From the IMG/VR virus record IMGVR_UViG_3300036768_001490, positions 118,720 through 182,719 of that record: a DNA stretch of 64,000 bases; one strand, 5' to 3'. This document shows positions 56,181-64,000 of this stretch, piece after piece. Below the pieces are notes generated by a model. That model made no database searches. It saw nothing but the letters and a program-made list of their open reading frames with translations, and had not been told where the DNA came from. Numbering within the stretch: the first letter of the stretch is position 1; every line of letters begins with the position of its first letter. Source of the stretch: a virus. The position numbers and the translations under genes were made by a program.

Positions 56181-56512
56181 CTTCTGACACCTCCCTGTGC
56201 CAGGAGCATGTGCTACCACGGCGGACGGTATACCCGGCAGGTGCCTGCCAGAGCATACCGTACCGCGCCAGCCGGCCACAGCCGGCCAGACCGTCTCCTA
56301 TCCCTGGTAACGGTCACGAGTCATCAAGTGCAATAGCCGCCAGCGAAGCCACGCTCCGGGTCGCCGTAGGTGCTACCCAGGCCCAGGACCAACACGCCCA
56401 CACGGACAGCCAGGGATGTAGTCGTCATGGACTTCCCTCCTCAACGGGTACTTGCCGTCCTATGACGGCGTGCAAGAAATCTCCGCCGCCTTCTTCCTGG
56501 TAGCCATCGGTA

Positions 56513-56959
56513 TCACTCCTGGTTCAGCTCCCTCGTGGCCACCAGACGCACACCAGCCTTGACCATCTCGCGGCACAGCAGCTCTTCCGGCGGACAGCTG
56601 CGCAGGAACTCCTCCGCCTCGGCAACCGGAACCTGCCGGTGGTGGGCAATCAGCTCCGCCGGCGTGGCAAACACAGTCAATGAGTCGGGCGGGCAACGGA
56701 GCAGCCCTTCCGGCAACAGCATGTCCCGCCCCACGTTGGCCCGGAAGATGGCAGCTCCGGCGCACTGCAACAGCGCCGGGTCACGGCGATCCGAGGCATA
56801 ACGCGGGTCCATGTGGCACGGAAGCAGGAACGGCCCCCATGCCTGACCGACGTAGACGGCAGGGTCTGCCCCGCCCGTGGTGCCAGGCGAAGTGGAACGG
56901 GAAAACGGGCACTCCGCGCAAGGCTTGCGCCCACTACGACGTTGCGCTGGGACAGCCAT
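56513..56959 (-). CDS. Cys/His-containing phage protein (DUF6283-like)
   Basis: PCAECPF...PCH...QCAGA; RBS GGAGAG. Confidence 0.6.
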   Translation of the reverse strand: MAVPAQRRSGRKPCAECPFSRSTSPGTTGGADPAVYVGQAWGPFLLPCHMDPRYASDRRDPALLQCAGAAIFRANVGRDMLLPEGLLRCPPDSLTVFATPAELIAHHRQVPVAEAEEFLRSCPPEELLCREMVKAGVRLVATRELNQE

Positions 56960-57000
56960 AACCTCTCCTTCCCCGAAAAGTAAAGTACCATGTCCCGCCG

Positions 57001-58308
57001 TCACCTCTGAGGTTGAGGCAACTGGCTGGATGCATCTCCACTTACCTCCTCTCCATCTTCTCCTCCCACCTCAGCGCCGTCTGAGCCAACGCTGCCATCT
57101 TCCAGACCTGGCAGCAGACGGAGGCTGCGCCTCCTGGGAGACGTACCCGGACAGGACAGGCTCACCCCCACCAGCTCATCCAGCCCCGACATCAAGGTCA
57201 CGAACCACTCGGGCACCACGCGCTCTCCCTCTGGCCACATGCCCAGCATGGCCGCGACCCGCTCGACTTCCTGTCGCCGGAGGAAATACCGGGCGCGGCA
57301 GCCGATGTCCAGGTACACGTCACCTCTGGCCGTGACCCGGTGGACAAAGAAGCGGCCAAACCGCGGCCGGCTCACGTTCGGCGACCTCTTGCCATCCACG
57401 CGGGTATAGATCCCCCACTTGCGCTCCACACCCGCGCGCACCAGCGGCAGCAGGCCAGCGAAATCACTCACTGCCACCTGCAGGCCACACGATGTCTGCA
57501 CTTCTCCGTTCCAGGGGCGAATGGAGAGAGGCAAGGTGACAGGGGCACCGTCCATCGGCGGAGGATGCGGCAGATCGACGACCTCGCCAATATGCCAGCG
57601 TCGGAGTGCGTGGTTGTAGCGCTGGAGATATTCCTCCACTTCTTCCCGATGGTACGAGTAACGGCGCAAAAACCTCCACCTCTCTATCGCGTCAAAGTAA
57701 TCCGCCAGCACCAGCTGCTCCCTCCGGTCGTACTCCGGGACGCGGAAGCTGTGCTGGATGTTGAAGAAGCGGCAGTAGTCCTCCGCCGATTTCTGGACAT
57801 CCTCCAGATGGTCAAGACGGAATCTCCTGCTGCTCAGGGAGCGCATCATGCGCTCAAACGCCTCGTCGATGCACCGCTGGAAATAGCTCAAGTTGTCCCG
57901 GTGCATCTGGCGGATGGAATCGACCTTGTACCACGACTCATCTTCCAGGGATAGTCTCTCGCCGTTGTTCGCCTGCCTGACATCCTCTGACGAGAAAAGA
58001 AGAGATGGGTAAATTTTCGGCACCTTCCACTTCCAGCGGAAATTGTCGCTGATCCGCCCCCGCACCAGGGACATGTGGCATGCCGTGGTCACACTGTACG
58101 GCCGATAGTCGGTGAAAAGGACGCCACGGTGACAACCATCCGGCATGGCAGAAGGCGCAGGTATGAAGCGGGCAATCGGGAAGTGAGGTCCGTAGCTGTA
58201 AATCGTCTGGCCACGAAAGTACAAACTGCCGCTCCTGTTACGCGCGTGTGGCTGATTCTGCTCCATCCATAACGACACCACGTCGTAGTTGCTCACAACG
58301 GTGCGCAT
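57001..58308 (-). CDS. Hypothetical phage protein (435 aa)
   Basis: IYSYGPHFPIA...YSVTTACH N-terminal motif; RBS GGAGGG. Confidence 0.7.
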   Translation of the reverse strand: MRTVVSNYDVVSLWMEQNQPHARNRSGSLYFRGQTIYSYGPHFPIARFIPAPSAMPDGCHRGVLFTDYRPYSVTTACHMSLVRGRISDNFRWKWKVPKIYPSLLFSSEDVRQANNGERLSLEDESWYKVDSIRQMHRDNLSYFQRCIDEAFERMMRSLSSRRFRLDHLEDVQKSAEDYCRFFNIQHSFRVPEYDRREQLVLADYFDAIERWRFLRRYSYHREEVEEYLQRYNHALRRWHIGEVVDLPHPPPMDGAPVTLPLSIRPWNGEVQTSCGLQVAVSDFAGLLPLVRAGVERKWGIYTRVDGKRSPNVSRPRFGRFFVHRVTARGDVYLDIGCRARYFLRRQEVERVAAMLGMWPEGERVVPEWFVTLMSGLDELVGVSLSCPGTSPRRRSLRLLPGLEDGSVGSDGAEVGGEDGEEVSGDASSQLPQPQR

Positions 58309-58329
58309 CCATCCCCTCCTGCCTGCTAG

Positions 58330-58878
58330 TCATCTCAACCGGGAACGACCCGGCCGTGCCGGCTCGTTCCCCTCCGCAGGCGGCGTGCGCCGCGCCGGCG
58401 GCACGTCATAACCCAGGCGGTACATGGCCTCATTCCAGGCAGCCGCCTGCCAGCCAAGAGACGGCGACCGGCCCCGGTAGCTCCGCTCCAGGAAATCCCA
58501 CAGGTCCACCTCCTTCTCCCCAAGGCGCTCCGCCAGCACGGCGCACAGCGCCTTCCGGGCAGAACGGAACAACTCGTCTGTGCCGGTAGCGCCGTCCGCC
58601 GGGTCAAAGACCAAGTGCAGCCACTCCAGCAGGTCATGGCGCCGCTCCCCCACAGAGTAGTTCCAGCACAGCTCGGCGGCAGACAGCAGCGGCACCTGGG
58701 CCGGCCAGCCGCGGTCCGACTTCCGCCGGCAGGCCAGGGACGTGTCTGCCGGTCCCACCGGCGCGGCGTAAGCGCTCAGGTCGAAGATGTCGTCGATGGT
58801 CTCAGGCGCCGGGCTGGACGCCGCCGGCCGGTGGCTGGTCGCCGCCCTCCCCGTCCTGCTTGTCCTGTTCGTCGCCAC
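58330..58878 (-). CDS. Hypothetical protein (~182 aa)
   Basis: GTG start after GAGGAGGTGG; overlaps the end of the upstream gene. Confidence 0.55.
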   Translation of the reverse strand: MATNRTSRTGRAATSHRPAASSPAPETIDDIFDLSAYAAPVGPADTSLACRRKSDRGWPAQVPLLSAAELCWNYSVGERRHDLLEWLHLVFDPADGATGTDELFRSARKALCAVLAERLGEKEVDLWDFLERSYRGRSPSLGWQAAAWNEAMYRLGYDVPPARRTPPAEGNEPARPGRSRLR

Positions 58879-59512
58879 CTTCCACCTCCTCGGCAATGAG
58901 CCAGACGAATTCGTCCTGGCCGCCCTGGTCCCCACCCGTGCGGCCCAGGGATTTCTCCATCTCCCACTGCACCATCGCCTCGCGGACCTCGTAGGGCACA
59001 AAGGCAGAGCGCAGGACCAGAGCGGCATGGCGCACCAGGGCAGCCCGCCAGCGCAAGCATTCCTGGCAGTCCCATGCCCCCGCGTACATGGAAGTCAGCT
59101 GGTCCCACTGCTGCCGCAGCGATGCCATGTAGCACAGGTGGGCATACTGCATCCGCACGGGCTGCGTCAGGTACGCCTGCCGATGCGGCAGGTCATCGAC
59201 TTCCGGTATGCAAGGGCCGAGGTGCGGCTCCAGCTCGCCGCGCTGGACGTTGATCCAGTCACGCAGTTGCCCCAGCCGGACGAACAGCAACTGAGGAGAT
59301 GCCTCGCCAGGCCAAGGTGGCGGGGCCATGCCGTTATCTTTCCGAGCGTCCATGTCCATTCCTCCTGTGAATGTCCCTGTCCACTTGCGCGCCAGCAAAC
59401 ATGTGCTGTTCAGCGCGCCCCACCGACACTGGCTGAAGCGCCAGTTCCGCCGGATCGTCCTGGCAATAGCCTGGCCCGCGCCCTGGACACGGGCAGACTT
59501 CTTGTTTGCCAT
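58802..59512 (-). CDS. Hypothetical protein with two in-frame RBS-preceded starts (59512 and ~59358)
   Basis: GAGGTGG before MANKK; AGGAGG before MDMDARK. Confidence 0.6.
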   Translation of the reverse strand: MANKKSARVQGAGQAIARTIRRNWRFSQCRWGALNSTCLLARKWTGTFTGGMDMDARKDNGMAPPPWPGEASPQLLFVRLGQLRDWINVQRGELEPHLGPCIPEVDDLPHRQAYLTQPVRMQYAHLCYMASLRQQWDQLTSMYAGAWDCQECLRWRAALVRHAALVLRSAFVPYEVREAMVQWEMEKSLGRTGGDQGGQDEFVWLIAEEVEGGDEQDKQDGEGGDQPPAGGVQPGA

Positions 59513-59544
59513 GCTCGCTTCCACCTCCCGGGCAAGGAAGAGAC

Positions 59545-60456
59545 TCAAAATACGTTTTTTAGAACACCGTACCGGCTCAGCAGACGCTTGCGCCCACTCC
59601 TGCCAGAACTGCGCAGGCTGCGCAGAAACACGTACAGGTACTCAGGCGGCAAACCAGTCAGCAAGTCGCGCGGATAGGCCAGGGCGTTGCCCACGGTGAC
59701 GGCTACGACCTTCCGCACCGAGCGGTGCTTGTCCAGCTGGTGGCAGGCAAACCAGCCATCCGCCGTGGCAATCTCGCGCGGCAGCACGGGCCGGCGCGCC
59801 AGCAGGACGCCTCCCCGGATGGCCGTCAGACCGTCCGTCCGCGGCACGACACGGAGCAGCACGGCGCCGCCCTCCGCCCGCGCCCGGTCGTACTCGATGC
59901 GGCGAAAGGAACGGTTGGCGTCGTACCACAGATCCAGGTTCCGTTGCAGCCGGACCAGCGGGCGCTCATCCGGCACGATCTCGCCCTCGTCCTGGTAGAA
60001 CTCGTTGCGGTAGCCGACCAGATACCAGCCCTTCTCGGGACGGCGCAGCCTGCCGTCCTCGGACCGGTACGGGCCGTCGCCATACAAGGCGCGCTCGACC
60101 GCGTTGTACACCAGGATCACCTGCCTGCCGTAGCAGAAAGGGCACAGCTGCCGCAGTCGGCAGCAGCGGACGCGGCACTTCCCCATGTCACAGTCCACGC
60201 CAAACGGCGGGCAGTTCCGCAGCTGTGGTAACGACCTGGCCGCGTCCCAGCCGACCCACAGCAAGCCGCGCAGGGCCAGGTGCCACAGGGAACGTACCCT
60301 GCGCAAGGCGTCCACCACGCCGGCGGCACCGCGCCGCGCCCATGTCGCCCCCACCAGCGGGGTCAGGACGGCAATGCGGGCGGCATGGTAGCGGCCGGCG
60401 TGACGGACGCGCGAGACCACAAAGTCGATGTTACCGTCCAGATGATGGTCGTCCAT
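59545..60456 (-). CDS. Hypothetical Cys-cluster protein (303 aa)
   Basis: CPPFGVDCDMGKCRVRCCRLRQLCPFCYGR. Confidence 0.65.
   Translation of the reverse strand: MDDHHLDGNIDFVVSRVRHAGRYHAARIAVLTPLVGATWARRGAAGVVDALRRVRSLWHLALRGLLWVGWDAARSLPQLRNCPPFGVDCDMGKCRVRCCRLRQLCPFCYGRQVILVYNAVERALYGDGPYRSEDGRLRRPEKGWYLVGYRNEFYQDEGEIVPDERPLVRLQRNLDLWYDANRSFRRIEYDRARAEGGAVLLRVVPRTDGLTAIRGGVLLARRPVLPREIATADGWFACHQLDKHRSVRKVVAVTVGNALAYPRDLLTGLPPEYLYVFLRSLRSSGRSGRKRLLSRYGVLKNVF
59547..59560 (-). promoter_or_regulatory. Recurrent AT-rich motif AAAAAACGTATTTT
   Basis: One mismatch to the copies at 26935 and 42403; 34 nt upstream of MANKK. Confidence 0.45.
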
Positions 60457-60995
60457 CGCAGCACACGCACATGGGCACGCACACGTTCCCTACCCAAAGG
60501 AAAGGAGCGCTCCTTCCCGGTGAACCCACGCAACGCACGGTCTCTCCCCTCCCAGCCTCGCCAGCCGGAAGAAGCCCACGCGGACACGGAAAAGCTCCAG
60601 GTCAGAAAGGGAAGAGATGGTAGCGGCGGGAGATGACAGGACAGCTCACACGGGCAAAAAGGCGTCCTTGACCAAGCGCACCGAGCGGCAACGCCAGTAG
60701 CTCCCTGGGTGTCCAGGGCTCCGGACGGCCCCACACCAACCGCGTTCCCTCCTCCGCACCGCCGGTCAGAAGATGGTCCCCTCCAGCCAGACCACCCAAC
60801 CGGCTGCAGACCTTATTGTAAGCGCCAGGGATGGTCCAGGCCAGGGACGGGACATCGGGGAGGAAAACAGGTCAGACGGCAGACAGACGTCCACGGCGGC
60901 ACGTCATCACCCAACACACACACACGGGAGCCCAGTGCGGAAGACAACCACCGGCGGTCATGGTGACATGAGAGCAAAATCCAGCAGCGGAATGG

Positions 60996-62270
60996 TCATG
61001 GAGTGTAGCTAGCTTGCTCAGGAAGGAACGACACAGGTGCAATGGTCTTGACCAGCTTGCCCGTGTCGTAGATCTCGATGCGGCCGTCCGGATAGGTCCA
61101 TTGGCCGTGCGGCAGGCCATTGCGGTAGTGACCGACGAGGCCATCCGGCCAGATACAGCGACCGTGCCTCCAACCGTTGCGGTAGTGCTCGATGCGGCCG
61201 TCCGGATAGGTCCAGAGGCCGTGCGGCCAACCGTCGCGGTAGTGCTCGACACGACCGTCCGGCCAGGTCCAGCGGCCGTGACGCTTGCCGTCGCGGAAGT
61301 GGCCGACGAGGCCGTCCGGCCAGGTCCAGCGGCCGTGCCTCCAACCGTTGCGGTAGTGCTCGACGCGGCCGTCCGGATAGGTCCATTGTCCGTGCGGCAG
61401 GCCATTGCGGTAGTGCTCGACACGGCCGTCCGGATAGGTCCAGCGGCCATGCTGCAGACCGTCGCGGTAGTGGCCGACACGGCCGTCCGGCCAGGTCCAG
61501 CGGCCGTACGGCTTGTTGCAGCGGTAGTGCTCGACACGACCACTCGGGTAAACCCAGCTGCCGTGCCACTTGCCGTCGCGGTAGTGGAAGACGCGGCCGT
61601 CCGGCCAGGTCCAGCGGCCGTGACGCTTATCGTCGCGGTAGTGGCCGATGCTGCCGTCCGGCCAGACCCAGCGGCCGTGACGCTTATCGTCACGGTAGCG
61701 CTCGACTCGGCCGTCTGGGTAGGTCCAACGGCCGTGAAGCAAACCGTCGCGGAAGTGGCAGACTGCGCCGTCTGAGCAGACCCAGCGCCCGTGCCTCCTA
61801 CCATTCAATGTCATCCCATAGCTGCCATCATCATACATCACCAGCACCCGTTCCCGCTTCCTTGCCTTGCGGACCCGGCACTCCGGGTAGCGCCGCCGGA
61901 CAGACTCCAGGACAGCTTCTGATACGTCTGGATGCAGAACGATCTCCTGCACCTCCATCACCTCGGACCGCAGGCCGAGGTTGCCGACCCGGACCCTGCC
62001 GGAGGCAAGGCAGTGCATGACTGCCATATATGGATCTCCAGGCACTGCCCTGGGAAGCCTCCAGACCGCATGCAACCCTGCCTCATTGCGCAGTTCCCCA
62101 CCATCCGAGAACCGGTTAGCCGTCATGCGATGACTGGTCCATTCAGTGTACCGGTGGGGAGAGATCAGGGTGCCATCCTCAAGCACCCGGCAGACACGGC
62201 TACAGAGAAGGCGGCCATCGTCAGACCTCATCCCGGGAGGAATGAGGATGGAATCCGAATGGATGGTCAT
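60996..62270 (-). CDS. Paralogue D: N-domain + about 13 19-aa MORN-like repeats (424 aa)
   Basis: Start MTIHSDSILIPPGMRSDDG four nt after the upstream stop; repeats YRDGxxHGRWTWPDGRVEH. Confidence 0.88.
   Translation of the reverse strand: MTIHSDSILIPPGMRSDDGRLLCSRVCRVLEDGTLISPHRYTEWTSHRMTANRFSDGGELRNEAGLHAVWRLPRAVPGDPYMAVMHCLASGRVRVGNLGLRSEVMEVQEIVLHPDVSEAVLESVRRRYPECRVRKARKRERVLVMYDDGSYGMTLNGRRHGRWVCSDGAVCHFRDGLLHGRWTYPDGRVERYRDDKRHGRWVWPDGSIGHYRDDKRHGRWTWPDGRVFHYRDGKWHGSWVYPSGRVEHYRCNKPYGRWTWPDGRVGHYRDGLQHGRWTYPDGRVEHYRNGLPHGQWTYPDGRVEHYRNGWRHGRWTWPDGLVGHFRDGKRHGRWTWPDGRVEHYRDGWPHGLWTYPDGRIEHYRNGWRHGRCIWPDGLVGHYRNGLPHGQWTYPDGRIEIYDTGKLVKTIAPVSFLPEQASYTP
61060..61800 (-). repeat. 57-bp imperfect tandem repeats (coding)
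   Basis: Periodic GCGGTAGTG...CGGCCGTCCGG...GGTCCA...GGCCGTG blocks every 57 nt. Confidence 0.9.
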
Positions 62271-62274
62271 GGTA

Positions 62275-63066
62275 TCACTCAGCTGGGGAAACAGCTGGCA
62301 CGATAGACTTGACCAGCTTGTCCGTGTCGTAAACTTCGATGCGGCCGTCCGGGTAAACCCAGTGCCCGTGCTTCTTGCCGTAACGGTAGCGCTCGATGCG
62401 GCCGTCCGGATAGGTCCAACGGCCGTGAGGCAAGTCGTCACGGTAGCACTCGATGCTGCCGTCCGGCCAGGTCCAGCGCCCGTGTTTCTTGCCGTAGCGG
62501 TAATGGCCGATGCAGCCGTTCGGCCAGGTCCAGCGGCCGTGTTTCTTGCCGTCGCGGTAATGGCCGACTGCGCCGTCTGAGCAGACCCATCGTCCATGCC
62601 GAGCGCCATTCACTGTCATCCCATAGCTGCCACTATCCGCCAGAACCAGCATCCGCTTCCTTGACTTGCGGACCCGACACTCCGGGTAGCGCCGCCGGAC
62701 AGACTCCAGGACTCCGTCTAATACGTCTGGGTGCAGGACAATCTCCCGCACTTCCATCACCTCGGACCGCAGGCCGAGGTCTCCGACCCGGACCCTGCCG
62801 GAGGCCAGGCAGTGAAGGACGGCCTCGTTCGCCGCACTGGGCACAGCGCGAGGCAAGTGCCAGACCGCATGCAACCCTGCCTCATTGCGCAGCTCCACAC
62901 CATCGGTGAACCGGTCAGCCGTCATGCGATGACTGGTCCACTCAGTTCCACGGTAGGGAGAGATCAGGGCACCATCCTCGCGCACCCGGCATACACGGCT
63001 GCAGAGAAGGCGGCCATCGTCAGATCTCATCCCCGGAGGGATGAGGATGGAATCATGGTTGTTCAT
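62275..63066 (-). CDS. Paralogue E: N-domain + about 5 MORN-like repeats (263 aa)
   Basis: MNNHDSILIPPGMRSDDG...KLVKSIVPAVSPAE. Confidence 0.88.
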   Translation of the reverse strand: MNNHDSILIPPGMRSDDGRLLCSRVCRVREDGALISPYRGTEWTSHRMTADRFTDGVELRNEAGLHAVWHLPRAVPSAANEAVLHCLASGRVRVGDLGLRSEVMEVREIVLHPDVLDGVLESVRRRYPECRVRKSRKRMLVLADSGSYGMTVNGARHGRWVCSDGAVGHYRDGKKHGRWTWPNGCIGHYRYGKKHGRWTWPDGSIECYRDDLPHGRWTYPDGRIERYRYGKKHGHWVYPDGRIEVYDTDKLVKSIVPAVSPAE

Positions 63067-63070
63067 GGTA

Positions 63071-63871
63071 TCACTCAGCTGGGGAAACAGCTGGCACGAT
63101 AGACTTGACCATCTTGTCCGTGTCGTAAACTTCGATGCGGCCGTCCGGGTAAACCCAGCGCCCGTGCTTCTTGCCGTAACGGTAGCGCTCGACGCGGCCG
63201 TTCGGCCAGACCCAGCGGCCGTGCAGCAGGCCGTAGCGGTAGTGGCCGATGCGTCCGTCAGGCCAGGTCCAGCGGCCGTGCAGCAAGCCGTTGCGGTAGC
63301 GCTCGATGCGACCGTCCGGATAGGTCCATCGGCCGTGCGACTTGTTGCAGCGGTAATGGCGGACTGTGCCGTCTGAGCAGAACCAGCGCCCGTGCAAAAG
63401 GCCATTCACTGTCATCCCATAGCTGCCAACATCCGTCAGCATCAGCATCCTCTTCCTCTTCAGTTCCCTGCGGACCTGACACTCCGGGTAGCGCCTCCTA
63501 ACAGACTCCAGGACCACTTCTGATACGTCTGGGTGCAGGACAATCTCCCGCACTTCCATCACCTCGGCACGCAGGCCGAGGTTGCCGACCCGGACCTGTC
63601 CCGAGGCAAGGCAGTGCATGACTGCCATATGTGGATTTTCAGGTGTAGCACCTGGGATCCTCCAGACCGCATGCAACCCTGCCTCATTGCGCAGCTCACC
63701 ATCAACGGTGAACCGGTTAGCCGTCATACGGTGACTGGTCCACTCAGTTCCACGGTAGGGAGAGATCAGGGTGCCATCCTTGCGCACCCGGCAGACCCGG
63801 CTACAGAGAAGGCAACCATCGTCGGACCTCATCCCGGGAGGGATGAGGATGGAATCCGAATGGATGGTCAT
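63071..63871 (-). CDS. Paralogue F: N-domain + about 5 MORN-like repeats (266 aa)
   Basis: MTIHSDSILIPPGMRSDDG...KMVKSIVPAVSPAE. Confidence 0.88.
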   Translation of the reverse strand: MTIHSDSILIPPGMRSDDGCLLCSRVCRVRKDGTLISPYRGTEWTSHRMTANRFTVDGELRNEAGLHAVWRIPGATPENPHMAVMHCLASGQVRVGNLGLRAEVMEVREIVLHPDVSEVVLESVRRRYPECQVRRELKRKRMLMLTDVGSYGMTVNGLLHGRWFCSDGTVRHYRCNKSHGRWTYPDGRIERYRNGLLHGRWTWPDGRIGHYRYGLLHGRWVWPNGRVERYRYGKKHGRWVYPDGRIEVYDTDKMVKSIVPAVSPAE

Positions 63872-64000
63872 GAGCTGTAACCTCGTTAGAAGAAACAGCT
63901 GGCTCGATAGACTTGACCAGCTTGCCCATGTCGTAGATCTCGATACGGCCGTCCGGATAGGTCCAGCGGCCGTGTTTATTGCCGTCGCGGTAGTGGCCTA
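63801..64000 (-). CDS. Paralogue G, partial (3' end only; continues beyond the window)
   Basis: GHYRDGNKHGRWTYPDGRIEIYDMGKLVKSIEPAVSS...; reads on to a stop at 63801. Confidence 0.8.
   Translation of the reverse strand, partial: GHYRDGNKHGRWTYPDGRIEIYDMGKLVKSIEPAVSSNEVTAHDHPFGFHPHPSRDEVRRWLPSL

Noticed and set aside
61060-63400. 57-bp periodic repeats as a CRISPR array
   Set aside because: In-frame coding repeats with codon-position variation; no constant repeat/unique spacer alternation
17968-64000. Diversity-generating retroelement behind paralogue variation
   Set aside because: No reverse transcriptase in the window and differences are not adenine-specific

Overview
A 64-kb, GC-rich segment of a large, probably jumbo-class, dsDNA tailed phage. 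Essentially every real gene lies on the minus strand with GGAGG-type ribosome-binding sites and ATGA overlaps; the long plus-strand ORFs are antisense shadows. From left to right: (1) 0.1-17.8 kb, a virion/morphogenesis region with two very large modular proteins punctuated by K-x-A motifs, a 2OG-Fe(II) oxygenase, a tubulin/FtsZ-family GTPase, two glycosyltransferases and an intein-containing portal. (2) 17.9-23.4 kb, three cassette-like paralogues (conserved N-domain plus 19-aa MORN-like repeats), each with a repeated structured leader and a conserved terminator. (3) 23.4-60.5 kb, a replication/recombination block: RuvC-like resolvase, DEDDh exonuclease, intein-containing ThyX, a ligase homologue with its catalytic residues replaced, a GT-A glycosyltransferase, RecA, a probable SSB, dNMP kinase, UDG-fused family A polymerase, primase, DnaB-like and SF2 helicases, SbcCD, and an adjacent RAMP/Cas7-like plus IS110/Nop-like gene pair. 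(4) 61-64 kb, a second tandem array of the same paralogue family with 57-bp repeats of variable copy number. I saw no tRNA, rRNA, CRISPR array, terminase, major capsid protein or reverse transcriptase. All assignments come from motif reading by eye; no database search was run. The best candidates for a new system are the RAMP-like/Nop-like gene pair and the two MORN-like paralogue arrays with their structured leaders.
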